Below, piece after piece: positions 24,620 to 37,600 of a stretch of 64,000 bases of DNA. The notes beneath the pieces are model-generated. The model saw only the letters and a list, made by a program, of their open reading frames with translations, did no database searches and was not told the DNA's origin. The first letter of the stretch is position 1, and every line of letters starts with the position of its first letter. Made by a program: the position numbers and the translations under genes. Source of the DNA: Eledone cirrhosa (taxonomy: Eukaryota); the NCBI GenBank assembly GCA_964016885.1, contig OZ024750.1, positions 52,576,001 through 52,640,000 of the forward strand. Direction: 5' to 3'.

Positions 24620-26365
24620 TCATCAACATCACCGTTTGACGTCCATTTTTCCCCACTAGCATGGGTTAGACGAGTTGTCCTGTTGTGAGAAATGCCACGT
24701 CAGGTGACCATGCCTTGCTCATACAGAACTGATTTGGGCTTGGTTTCTACAGCTGGATGCCCTTCCTAATGCCAACCTCATTTACAGTGAGGACTGGGTG
24801 TTTTTTGTCGTGACACCATCACAACCACTTTACAGTGTGGGCTGGGGGCTTCACTAGATATATGCTTCACCCTGTCCTCATGGGAGATATATGGAAGGGT
24901 GGGGGTGGGGGTGCATGCTATATATATGCTTCAGCTTCAGCCTGTGCTCATGGGAAGGCGGGCCTTCAGTATTACTGCATAAAACCAGAGGTCACGACCC
25001 TGTGTCATCATCTTTGAGAGGTGCAATTGAGCAAGGTCAACTTTTATCACCTAATCCCATGTCTTCCTGGCTCTCCCCACTCCACGGCTTCTATCAACTT
25101 TGAGTGCTCTGGACCTTTTTATGCAGCTGTCATCCAACATACACATCATATGTCCATACCAACGCAATCTCCTCTCCTGCACACAGCACCAGATTCCTAG
25201 TTTCTCTCTCAATTCGTTTATGCTTTGTCGTTCACGTATATTACTATTACACATCCATCAGAGCATGCAGGATTAATTTCTTTCCGATCTACGCAAGTCC
25301 TCTGCACACAACGCCCAGGTCTCACTGCCAGGCAACATTGCTGTTCATATGCACGCATCATACAGTCTGCCTTTCATTTTGAGGGAAAAGCCTTTTGCAG
25401 CTAGCAGTGGTAGTAGCTCCCTGAACTTCTTCCATCCAGTTCTTACTCTGGCTACTGTACTTTCAGAACATCCACCTCCACTGCTAATTTGGTCACCTAG
25501 GTAGCAGATGCTGCCTACTGTCTACTGTTTCTACCAAGCCCTCCCAGAGTTTGGTGGTACTTGTTTCCTGTGGTCATTTGCTGCTTAGTCCCCAGCTGCT
25601 ACATGTGAAGCCTACATTCTTAGCTAAACCACCTGAGATCCCGCTACATTTCTTGTGTACTCATAGCTTGCATTTGGGGCAGAGGATGGAATTTCTACCT
25701 ACACCTTTCCTACATACTGAGTGAAGCTACTTCTCCGTCAGGTTGACTTTAAGACCCTTGTTTCTAGGCCCTGCTTCCATCTTGGGAATTTCTCCTCTAG
25801 TTCCACCATAGACTCCGCTATGAGTGAAATCATCCGAATGCAGAAGTTCCCATGGGCATCCAATCTTAAACTCCTCTGTTATAGCCTGCAATACGATAAT
25901 AAACAGGAGAGGGCTAAGAACAGAGCCATGGTGGACACCGACCTGTATGCTAAATTCCTCGCTATAGTTGTTAATCCTAACTTTGCTGACTGCTCCCCTA
26001 TATATGGCTTGTACAGCCTTCACAAGTCATTCATCTACTCCTAGTTTTCTAAGAGCCCACCAGATTATGGCACGAGGCACTCTGTCAAAAGATTTCTCCA
26101 GATCAACAAATGTCGGGTAGAGCAGCTTACTTTTAGCTAGGTACTTTTCCTGTAGTTGCTTCACCAGCAAGAGAGCATCTATGGTGTTTTTACTTGGTAC
26201 AAATCCGAACTGCATCTCGTCTAGATTTACCCGGTCTCTAATCAGCAGGGCTATAACTCATTCTGTTACTTTCATGACCTGGTCCATCAACTTGATGCCT
26301 CTATAATTTCTTCTAATGTATCACCTTTACCCTTGTAGCAATTGACAATGATGTTGCTGCACCAG
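24620..26365 (-). mobile_element. Degenerate RTE LINE 3' half in the last ALKBH3 intron
   Basis: MQFGFVP, FVDLEKSFDRVPR, GVHHGSVLSPLLF and RRLRWYGH, with a 3' tail containing aggaagggcatccagc. Confidence 0.85.
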
Positions 26366-26638
26366 AAATTAAATACATTCCATACTATTGGTGTCATTAT
26401 TGATGGTGCAAGCCACTAGTTATTTGAGTTGAAATGTTGAGAACATTCTAGAACAGTGTCCCACCTCCTCCACGCATGTTATTGTGCATCTGGCACAACC
26501 TATATGCCAATTTATTTACACTTTTCAGTCTATCATAGCTGCTTTCATATCAAGGGGGGAAGGGCATAACAATTTTTGAGATGTTGAGGTAGGACATGGT
26601 GCAGAAAAGGTTGGGAAGTTCTAGAAATAAGTTCATAC

Positions 26639-26737
26639 CTGCCAATCATGTTGTAAAGCTCCTTCCATTGTGAGAAGACAACCATTAGTTACTGGGACTT
26701 TGATATGTTCCATGTAGGTATAATCTTCCTTTTCTGC
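26639..26737 (-). CDS. ALKBH3: ALKBH3 coding exon 6: AEKEDYTYMEHIKVPVTNGCLLTMEGALQHDWQ
   Basis: Acceptor tttctcag, donor gtatga, 99 nt, phase 0. Matches the ALKBH3 'DYTY..G.LL.MEG..Q.DWQ' segment. Confidence 0.93.
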
Positions 26738-26874
26738 CTGAGAAACAGAGAAATTTTATAGTAACGGTAAAATTTATTACTATTTAGTTAGGGAGGGGTA
26801 GGAGAGACTATGACTGTTTTAAGGGCCTCCAATTCCTTCAGTGAAGGAAATGAAGATCTCCTTAAATCAGAGAC

Positions 26875-27820
26875 AGGTGGAGGTGGTGGTGGTGGCGGTG
26901 TTACACTAGGTGGTGGTGGTGTTACACTAGGTGGTGGTGGTGTTACACTAGGTGGTGGTGTTACACTAGGAGATGATGGTGTTACACTAGGTGGTGGTGG
27001 TGTTACACTAGGAGATGATGGTGTTACACTAGGTGGTGGTGGTGTTACACTAGGAGATGATGGTGTTACACCAGGTGGTGGTGGTGTTACACTAGATGGT
27101 GGTGTTACACTAGGTGGTGGTGGTGGTGTTACACTAGGTGGTGCTGGTGTTACACTAGTTGGTGGTGTTACACTAGGTGGTGGTGGTGTTACACTAGGAG
27201 ATGATGGTGTTACACTAGGTGGTGGTGGTGTTACACTAGGAGATGATGGTGTTACACTAGGTGGTGGTGGTGGTGTTACACTAGGTGGTGGTGTTATACT
27301 AGGTGGTGGTGGTGTTACACTAGGTGGTGGTGGTGTTACACTAGATGATGGTGTTTCACTAGGTGGTGGTGGTGTTACACTAGGTGGTGGTGGTGTTACA
27401 CTAGGAGATGGTGGTGTTACACTAGGTGGTGGTGGTGTTACACCAGGTGGTGGTGGTGTTACACCAGGTGGTGGTGGTGGTGTTACACTAGGTGGTGGTG
27501 GTGTTACACTAGGTGGTGGTGTTACACCAGGTGGTGGTGTTACACTAGGTGGTGGTGTTACACTAGGTGGTGGTGTTACACCAGGTGGTGGTGTTACACT
27601 AGGTGGTGGTGTTACATCAGGTGGTGGTGTTACACCAGGTGGTGGTGTTACACTAGGTGGTGGTGTTACACAAGGTGGTGGTGTTACACAAGGTGGTGGT
27701 GTTACACTAGGTGGTGGTGTTACATTATGTGGTGGTGTTACATTATGTGGTGGTGTTACACTAGGTGGTGGTGTTACACCAGGTGGTGGTGTTACACTAG
27801 GTGGTGGTGTTACGCCACAG
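26875..27820. repeat. (GGT)n-GTTACACTA minisatellite (18-24-bp units)
   Basis: Directly visible, intronic. Confidence 0.95.
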
Positions 27821-28684
27821 TGAAATTTCAACTGAGAATACAAAGAGCCAGAAGGGCAGGTAGCATCTCTTCTGACATTCTAACAATTCCACCATAGCAA
27901 GAGACAGGTATTGATAATTTGACCTGACCATAGCAGGATTTGAACTCAGACCAGGAAGAAATACAGCAATGACTCAGCTATGATATGGCAGATGTAATGA
28001 TCAACTGTAAGGACTGATACATCAACATCAACACCATCATTTTTTAACGTCTGCTATCCCTACTAGCAAGGTTTGGGTCAGTACTCATGCAGAGCTATTG
28101 ATCCTTCAAATGAGCTGGGGGCCCTCTTCTTACTTACATATAATCCCACATTCTATCAAGTGCTAAGATGGTCCAGCAACTCACAACTGGCTTATATACA
28201 GTCTTGCACTATACCAAGTGCATTGTATCCTGATCCTTTGTTTACCAGGTTTTCTATGACCGAATGCCCTTCCTATCACCAACCACTTTACAGAATGTAC
28301 TGGGTGCGTTTATCATGTAAATTACCAACACTAAGACAGTTGTCATGTCTTTGACATACTAAAAATCATAAAAATTAAAGTTAGCCTGTTTTTATAGCCT
28401 TGAGGTTCATGAGAGAAGAGGTTATCCCAGTTTCACTGGCATTTAAGCAACTGAGAGTTTAAAACTCGCTGTAGGACAGGACACCATTGCAGGTTTAACT
28501 CCCAGCTACTGCTAGTACACATTTTCAGATTAGGAGCAATGAAAAATAAAGTGTTTTGCTCAAGGACACAACATGCCACTCGGTCCAAGAATGAAAGCTA
28601 TGACATTACACTCATAAGACATCCAACACCCTCACCCCATGATCACACACCTTCACAATACAATGGAATGACTGGTAACAATGG

Positions 28685-28880
28685 TTTCTGATTTAGAGAC
28701 AAGGCCAGTAATTTCAAGGGCAGGGGAAAGTTCATTAAATTGTCTCCAGTGCATTACTAGTATTTTATTTAATCGACCACATAAGAATGAAAGACAATGC
28801 TAACCTTGGTGGGATTTGAATTCAGAACATAAAGGGCCATAACTCTATGCCATAAGGTGTGTGATGCTCTAGCGATAGTG
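28685..28880 (-). mobile_element. Diverged tRNA-SINE copy
   Basis: caaggccag...cagtgcattactag...atcgacc...gggatttgaattcagaac. Confidence 0.65.
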
Positions 28881-28927
28881 TCAATCGTAACTAATGTAAT
28901 AGCAAGAGGAATGACAGAAATACTCAC

Positions 28928-29137
28928 AGGAGGAGGATTTCTCCGAAGTTCAAACATTCTGCTATCACCAAAGGACAGTGAAGCTATTGTAGGTTGATCC
29001 CCAATGGCAGGGTTTTTGTCTGTATGCCAGCCAACACTATCATGGCCATCCCTATAGAGGTTTGCCAACATAGAGTTGAAGAGAATGCCCAAAGATTGCT
29101 GCAAGTGTTCTCGAATGTTTTGTAATACAGGATGCCA
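28928..29137 (-). CDS. ALKBH3: ALKBH3 coding exon 5: WHPVLQNIREHLQQSLGILFNSMLANLYRDGHDSVGWHTDKNPAIGDQPTIASLSFGDSRMFELRRNPPP
   Basis: Acceptor tttcag, donor gtgagt, 210 nt. Contains FNS.L.N.YR.G.DSV.WHxD and IASLSFG motifs. Confidence 0.95.
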
Positions 29138-29173
29138 CTGAAAGGAAAATTGTAATTTAACAAGTCAAACAAC

Positions 29174-30005
29174 ATTTCACAACTGACTTGGGTCTATTAC
29201 CAAGGAGAGAGAGGGGGGATTATATTTCACAACTGACCTGGGTGTATTACCAAGGAGAGGGAGGGGGTACTATATTTCACAACTGACCTGGGTCTATTAC
29301 CAAGGAGAGAGAGGGGGGACTATATTTCACAACTGACCTGGGTGTATTACCAAGGAGAGGGAGGGGGTACTATATTTCACAACTGACCTGGGTGTATTAC
29401 CAAGGAGAGAGAGGGGGGACTATATTTCACTACTGACCTGGGTCTATTAATAAGGAGAGGGAGGGGGGACTATATTTCACAACTGACGTGGGTCTATTAC
29501 CAAGGAGAGAGATGGGGGACTATATTTCACAACTGACTTGGGTGTATTACCAAGGAGAGAGAGGGGGGGACTATATTTCACAACTGACCTGGGTCTGTTA
29601 CCAAGGAGAGAGAGGGGGGACTATATTTCACAACTGACCTGGGTCTATTACTAAGGAGAGGGAGGGGGACTATATTTCACAACTGACCTGGGTCTATTAC
29701 CAAAGAGAGAGAGGGGGGACTATATTTCACAACTGACCTGGGTCTATTACCAAAGAGAGAGAGGGGGGACTATATTTCACAACTGACCTGGGTCTATTAC
29801 CAAAGAGAGAGAGGGGGGACTATATTTCACAACTGACCTGGGTCTATTACTAAGGAGAGGGAGGGGGGACTATATTTCACAACTGACCTGGGTCTATTAC
29901 CAAAGAGAGAGAGAGGGGGGACTATATTTCACAACTGACCTGGGTCTATTACCAAGGAGAGGGAGGGGGGGACTATATTTCACAACTGACCTGGGTCTAT
30001 TACCA
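29174..30005. repeat. 50-bp minisatellite (~16 copies)
   Basis: Unit tatatttcacaactgacctgggtctattaccaaggagagagaggggggac. Confidence 0.95.
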
Positions 30006-30011
30006 ATAGAC

Positions 30012-31620
30012 ATAGGCTGGGCTGGATCTATTACCAGTTTTGAGGGTGAGGGGAGAAGGTTACAGTTTACTTCTGGCCTGGGCTGGACCTATTACCAGTT
30101 TTGGGGGTGAGGAGAGAAGGTTCCTGTTTACCTCTAGCCTGGGCTGGACCTATTACCAGTTTTGAGGGTGAGGGGAGAAGGTTACAGTTTACTTCTAGCT
30201 TGGGCTGGACCTATTACCAGTTTTGAGGGTGAGGGGAGAAGGTTACAGTTTACTTCTAGCTTGGGCTGGACCTATTACCAGTTTTGAGGGTGAGGGGAGA
30301 AGGTTACAGTTTACTTCTAGCTTGGGCTGGACCTATTACCAGTTTTGAGGGTGAGGGGAGAAGGTTACAGTTTACTTCTAGCCTGGGCTGGACCTATTAC
30401 CAGTTTTGAGGGTGAGGAGAGAAGGTTCCTGTTTACCTCTAGCCTGGGCTGGACCTATTACCAGTTTTGAGGGTGAGGGGAGAAGGTTACAGTTTACTTC
30501 TAGCTTGGGCTGGACCTATTACCAGTTTTGAGGGTGAGGGGAGAAGGTTACAGTTTACTTCTAGCTTGGGCTGGACCTATTACCAGTTTTGAGGGTGAGG
30601 GGAGAAGGTTACAGTTTACTTCTAGCTTGGGCTGGACCTATTACCAGTTTTGAGGGTGAGGGGAGAAGGTTACAGTTTACTTCTAGCCTGGGCTGGACCT
30701 ATTACCAGTTTTGAGGGTGAGGAGAGAAGGTTCCTGTTTACCTCTAGCCTGGGCTGGACCTATTACCAGTTTTGAGGGTGAGGGGAGAAGGTTACAGTTT
30801 ACTTCTAGCTTGGGCTGGACCTATTACCAGTTTTGGAGGGGAGGGGAGGAGGTTACAGTTTACTTCTAGCCTGGGCTGGACCTATTACCAGTTTGGGAGG
30901 GGAGGGAAGAAGGTTACAGTTTACTTCTGGCCTGGGCTGGACCTATTACCAGTTTTGGAGGGGAGGGGAGAAGGTTACAGTTTACTTCTTGGCTGGACTG
31001 GACCTATTACCAGTTTTGGGGGTGAGGGGAGAAGGTTACAGTTTACTTCTGGCCTGGGCTGGACCTATTACCAGTTTGGGGGTGAGGGGAGAAGGTTACA
31101 GTTTACTTCTTGGCTGGACTGGACCTATTACCAGTTTTGGGGGTGAGGGGAGAAGGTTACAGTTTACTTCTGGCCTGGGCTGGACCTATTACCAGTTTTG
31201 AAGGGGAGGGAAGAAGGTTACAGTTTACTTCTAGCCTGGCCTGGACCTATTACCAGTTTTGAAGGGGAGGGGAGAAGGTTACAGTTTACTTCTAGCCTGG
31301 GCTGGACCTATTACCAGTTTTGAAGGGGAGGGGAGAAGCTTACAGTTTACTTCTGGCCTGGGCTGCACCTATTACCAGTTTTGGAGGTGAGGGAAGAAGG
31401 TTACAGTTTACTTCTGGCCTGGGCTGCACCTATTACCAGTTTTGAAGGGGAGGGAAGAAGGTTACAGTTTACTTCTGGCCTGGGCTGGACCTATTACCAG
31501 TTTTGGAGGTGAGGAGAGAAGGTTCCTGTTTACTTCTAGCCTGGGCTGGACCTATTACCAGTTTTGAAGGAGAAAGGAGAAGGTTAAAGTTTACTTCTGG
31601 CCTGGGCCTATTACCAGTTT
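30012..31620. repeat. 61-bp minisatellite (~26 copies)
   Basis: Unit ctgggctggacctattaccagttttgagggtgaggggagaaggttacagtttacttctagc. Confidence 0.95.
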
Positions 31621-31660
31621 GGCATAGGATTAATTGTAGCTTATTAATATGTGTATAAAC

Positions 31661-31856
31661 CTTAGGGATTGGATGATGGGTCTGTCCTGAGTAAGTGTAG
31701 GGTAAATCTCCATACCAAGCCGTGAGACGGGGTTGCAGGGACTTCATACCATTTGGTGAAATATCCGAAGCTTGTTTCCATGGAAGATCCCGGAGAAGTG
31801 ATCTGTATATGTTGTCAGCCTCTCTCTCTTCAATAAAACTGGGGAAGAAACGAATC
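31661..31856 (-). CDS. ALKBH3: ALKBH3 coding exon 4: (R)IRFFPSFIEEREADNIYRSLLRDLPWKQASDISPNGMKSLQPRLTAWYGDLPYTYSGQTHHPIPK
   Basis: Acceptor ttctag, donor gtttat, 196 nt. Contains the QPRLTAWYG.LPYTYS signature. Confidence 0.95.
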
Positions 31857-31911
31857 CTAGAAGAAAACAAAAGAAATTATAACCATTGAATATGTACATA
31901 GTCATGACAAT

Positions 31912-32375
31912 AATGGTGGTGGTGGTGGTGATGGTAGAGGTGGTGGTGGTGGTGGTGATGGTAGAGGTGGTGGTGGTGGTGATGGTAGAGGTGGTGGTGG
32001 AGGTGGTAGTGGTGATGGTGGTGGTGGTGATTGTAGTGGTGGTGGTGGTGATGGTAGAGGTGGTGGTGCTGGTGGTGGTGGTGTTGCTAGTGATGGTGGT
32101 GGGGATGGGGATGATGATGGAGGTGGTGGTAATGATGGTGATGATGATGATGATTATTATGGTGGTGGTGATGAGGATTGTGGTGATGATGGTGATGTTG
32201 GTAATGGTGATGGTGGTGATGGTGGTGATGGTGGTGATGGTGGTAATGGTGGTGGTGATGGTGATGTTGGTAATGGTGGTGTTGCTGGTGGTAATGATGA
32301 TGGGGAAGATAGTGGTGATGGTGGTGGTAATGATGGGGATGATGGTGGTGTTGCTGGTGGTAATGATGAGGAGGA
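31912..32375. repeat. (GGT/GAT)n microsatellite
   Basis: Fills most of the intron between coding exons 3 and 4. Confidence 0.9.
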
Positions 32376-32403
32376 AGTGTAATATAAAGTTGCTGCACCT
32401 CAC

Positions 32404-32451
32404 CTTGACACACCATTATCACTGGCACTAACATCATGTATTCCATATTCC
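32404..32451 (-). CDS. ALKBH3: ALKBH3 coding exon 3 (48 nt): (T)EYGIHDVSASDNGVS(R)
   Basis: Acceptor ttttgtag, donor gtgagg, phases 2/2 fit both neighbours. Resembles vertebrate 'EGVYEISLSPTGVSR'. Confidence 0.85.
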
Positions 32452-32535
32452 CTACAAAACACAAATATTAATTATATTCCTATGAAATCCCTAATAAAAT
32501 GGATCAGGGGACATCACTGAAGATAAGTTTTTATA

Positions 32536-34385
32536 GTACAGCTGATGGTCAGGTATTGGTGGTACAGCTGGTCAGATATTGGTGGTACAGCTGGTCAGGT
32601 ATTGGTGGTACAGCTGGTCAGATATTGGTGGTACAGCTGGTCAGATATTGGTGGTACAGCTGGTCAGATATTGGTGGTACAGCTGGTCAGATATTGGTGG
32701 TACAGCTGGTCAGATATTGGTGGTACAGCTGGTCAGGTATTGGTGGTACAGCTGGCCAGGTATTGGTGGTACAGCTGGTCAGATATTGGTGGTAGTACAG
32801 CTGATGGTCAGATATTGGTGGTACAGCTGGTCAGATATTGGTGGTACAGCTGGTCAGATATTGGTGGTACAGCTGGTCAGATATTGGTGGTAGTACAGCT
32901 GATGGTCAGATATTGGTGGTACAGTTGGTCAGATATTGGTGGTACAGCTGGTCAGATATTGGTGGTACAGCTGGTCAGATATTGGTGGTACAGCTGGTCA
33001 GGCATTGGTGGTACAGCTGGTCAGATATTGGTGGTACAGCTGGTCAGATATTGGTGGTACAGCTGATGGTCAGATATTGGTGGTACAGTTGGTCAGATAT
33101 TGGTGGTACAGCTGGTCAGATATTGGTGGTACAGCTGGTCAGATATTGGTGGTACAGCTGGTCAGATATTGGTGGTACAGCTGGTCAGATATTGGTGGTA
33201 CAGCTGGTCAGATATTGGTGGTACAGCTGGTCAGGTATTGGTGGTACAGCTGGTCAGATATTGGTGGTACAGCTGGTCAGATATTGGTGGTACAGCTGAT
33301 GGTCAGATATTGGTGGTACAGTTGGTCAGATATTGGTGGTACAGCTGGTCAGATATTGGTGGTACAGCTGGTCAGATATTGGTGGTACAGCTGGTCAGAT
33401 ATTGGTGGTACAGCTGGTCAGATATTGGTGGTACAGCTGGTCAGATATTGGTGGTACAGCTGGTCAGGTATTGGTGGTACAGCTGGTCAGATATTGGTGG
33501 TACAGCTGGTGGTCAGATATTGGTGGTACAGCTGATGGTCAGATATTGGTGGTACAGCTGGTCAGATATTGGTGGTACAGCTGGTCAAATATTGGTGGTA
33601 CAGCTGGTCAGATATTGGTGGTACAGCTGTCAGATACTGGTAGTACAGCTGATGGTCAGATATTGGTGGTACAGCTGATGGTCAGATATTGGTGGTACAG
33701 CTGATGGTCAGATATTGGTGGTACAGCTGGTCAGATAATGGTGGTACAGCTGGTCAGATATTGGTGGTACAGTTGGTCAGATATTGGTGGTACAGCTGGT
33801 CAGATATTGGTGGTACAGCTGGTCAGATATTGGTGGTACAGCTGGTCAGGTATTGGTGGTACAGCTGGTCAGGTATTGGTGGTACAGCTGGTCAGGTATT
33901 GGTGGTAGTACAGCTGGTCAGGTATTGGTGGTAGTACAGCTGGTCAGATATTGGTGGTACAGCTGGTCAGATAGTGGTGGTACAGCTGATGGTCAGATAT
34001 TGGTGGTACATCTGGTCAGGTATTGGTGGTACAGCTGGTCAGATATTGGTGGGACAGCTGGTCAGATATTGGTGGTACAGCTGGTCAGGTATTAGTGATA
34101 CAGCTGGTCAGATATTGGTGGTACAGCTGATGGTCAGATATTGGTGGTACAGCTGGTCAGGTATTGGTGGTAGTACAGCTGATGGTCAGATATTGGTGGT
34201 AGTACAGCTGGTCAGATATTGGTGGTACAGCTGATGGTCAGATAATGGTGGTACAGCTGGTCAGATATTGGTGATACAGCTGGTCAGATATTGGTGGTAC
34301 AGCTGATGGTCAGATATTGGTGGTACAGCTAGTCAGATATTGGTGGTACAGCTGGTCAGATACTGGTAGTACAGCTGATGGTCAG
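32536..34385. repeat. 23-bp minisatellite (~80 copies, some 26-bp variants)
   Basis: Unit ggtacagctggtcagatattggt. Confidence 0.95.
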
Positions 34386-34628
34386 CATCATCATTTAATA
34401 TATGTTTTCCTTGTTAACAATGGTTGGATGGGTTGTCACAAACCATATCAGCAATTAGTCAGAAGCAGTAACTTCTTAGATGGGCTGAGGGTGTGCATCT
34501 CATTTAAATATGTTCCTGTACTCTGCAGAGTTTACTGGGGTACATTTTATTATGGCACCACCACTAAGGAGGTTATCGTGTCTGTAACACAATTGAAGAG
34601 TCTGCTCAACCATTTATTTGGCAGATAT

Positions 34629-37600
34629 TGATAATACAGCTAATGTAATGATAATACAGCTAATGTAATGATAATAAAGCTAATGTAATGATAATACAAC
34701 TAATGTAATGATAATACAGCTAATGTAATGATAATACAGCTAATGTAATGATAATACAGCTAATGTAATGATAGTACAGCAAATGTAATGATAATATAGC
34801 TAATGTAATAATAATACAGCTAATGTAATGATAATACAGCAAATGTAATGATAATATAGCTAATGTAATAATAATACAGCTAATGTAATGATAATACAGC
34901 TAATGTAATGATAATACAACTAATGTAATAATAATACAGCTGATGTAATGATAATACAGCTAATTTAATAATAATACAGCTAATGTAATGATAATACAGC
35001 TAATGTAATGATAATACAGCTAATGTAATAATAATACAGCTAATGTAATGATAATACAGCTAATGTAATAATAATACAGCTAATGTAATGATAATACAAC
35101 TAATGTAATAATAATACAGCTAATGTAATGATAATACAACTAATGTAATAATAATACAGCTAATGTAATAATAATACAGCTAATGTAATGATAATACAGC
35201 TAATGTAATAATAATACAGCTAATGTAATAATAATACAGATAATGTAATGATAATACAGCTAATGTAATAATAATACAGCTAATGTAATAATAATACAGA
35301 TAATGTAATGATAATACAGCTAATGTAATGATAATACAGCTAATGTAATGATAATACAGCTAATGTAATGATAATACAGTTAATGTAATGATAATACAGC
35401 TAATGTAATAATAATACAGCTAATGTAATAATAATACAGATAATGTAATGATAATACAGCTAATGTAATGATAATACAGTTAATGTAATGATAATACAGC
35501 TAATGTAATGATAATACAGCTAATGTAATGATAATATGGCTGGTGTAATAATAATACAACTAATGTAATGATAATACAGCTAATGTAATGATAATGCAGC
35601 TAATGTAATGATAATACAGCTAATGTAATGATAATATGGCTGGTGTAATGATAATACAGCTAATGTAATGATAATACAGCAAATGTAATGATAATACAGC
35701 TAATGTAATGATAATACAGCTAATGTAATGATAATATGGCTGGTGTAATAATAATACAACTAATGTAATGATAATACAACTAATATAATGATAATACAGC
35801 TAATGTAATGATAATACAGTTAATGTAATGATAATATAGCTAATGTAATGATAATACAAATAATGTAATGATAATATGGCTGATGTAATGATAATATGGC
35901 TAATGTAATAATAATACAACTAATGTAATGATAATACAGCTAATGTAATGATAATACAACTAATGTAATGATAATACAGCTAATGTAATGATAATACAGC
36001 TAATGTAATGATAATATGGCTAATGTAATTATAATACAACTAATGTAATGATAATGTGGCTGATGTAATGATAATACAGCTAATGTAATGATAATGTGGC
36101 TGATGTAATGATAATACAGCTAATGTAATCATAATAAAGCTAATGTAATGATAATACAGCTAATGTAATGATAATATGTCTAATGTAATTATAATACAGC
36201 TAATGTAATAATAATACAGCTAATGTAATGATAATAAAACTAATGTAATGATAATATGTCTAATGTAATAATAATACAGCGAATGTAATGATAATACAGC
36301 TAATGTAATGATCATACAGTTAATGTAATAATAATACAGCTAATGTAATGATAATACAACTAATGTAATGATAATATGTCTAATGTAATAATAATACAGC
36401 TAATGTAATAATAATACAGCGAATGTAATGATAATAAAGCTAATGTAATGATAATACGGCTGGTGTAATGATAATATGTCTAATGTAATGATAATACAAC
36501 TAATGTAATGATAATATGTCTAATGTAATGATAATACAGCTAATGTAATGATAATACAGTTAATGTAATAATAATACAGCTAATGTAATGATAATACAGC
36601 TAATGTAATGATAATACAGTTAATGTAATGATAATACAGCTAATGTAATGATAATATGGCTGGTGTAATGATAATACAGCTAATGTAATAATACAGATAA
36701 TGTAATAATACAGATAATGTAATGATAACACAGCTAATATAATGATAATAAAGCTAATGTAATGATAATACAGCTAATGTAATAATAATACAGCTAATGT
36801 AATGATAATACAGCTAATGAAATGATAATATTGCTGGTGTAATGATAATACAACTAATGTAATATAATACAGCTAATGTAATGATAATACAGCTAATGTA
36901 ATGATAATACAACTAATGTAATGATAATATAGCTAATGTAATAATAATACAGCTAATGTAATAATAATACAGCTAATGTAATAATAATACAGCTAATGTA
37001 ATGATAATACAGCTAATGTAATGATAATACAGCTAATGTAATGATAATATATCTGGTGTAATGATAATACAGCTAATGTAATAATAATACAGCTAATGTA
37101 ATAATAATACAGCTAATGTAATAATAATACAGCTAATGTAATAATAATACAGCTAATGTAATAATAATACAGCTAATGTAATGATAATACAGCTAATGTA
37201 ATGATAATACAGCTAATGTAATAATAATACAGCTAATGTAATAATAATACAGCTAATGTAATGATAATACAGCTAATGTAATGATAATACAGCTAATGTA
37301 ATGATAATATATCTGGTGTAATGATAATACAGCTAATGTAATAATAATACAGCTAATGTAATAATAATACAGCTAATGTAATGATAATATGTCTAATGTA
37401 ATAATAATACAGCTAATGTAATAATAATACAGCTAATGTAATAATAATACAGCTAATGTAATAATAATACAGCTAATGTAATAATAATACAGCTAATGTA
37501 ATGATAATACAGCTAATGTAATAATAATACAGCTAATGTAATGATAATACAGCTAATGTAATAATAATACAGCTAATGTAATAATAATACAGCTAATGTA

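Noticed and set aside
26788-27843. Pro-rich (SVTPPP) and Gly-rich ORFs
   Set aside because: They come from an intronic minisatellite inside ALKBH3. Including them would break a well-conserved exon chain.
31744-32464. Poly-Thr and poly-His ORFs
   Set aside because: They are microsatellite translations. Only the 48-nt and 196-nt exons in this region are supported.
29174-34385. CRISPR-like arrays or repeat-protein ORFs (LLAWAGP, VVQLVRYWWYS)
   Set aside because: These are head-to-tail tandem units without unique spacers, in a eukaryotic intron with no cas genes. The ORFs are repeat artefacts.
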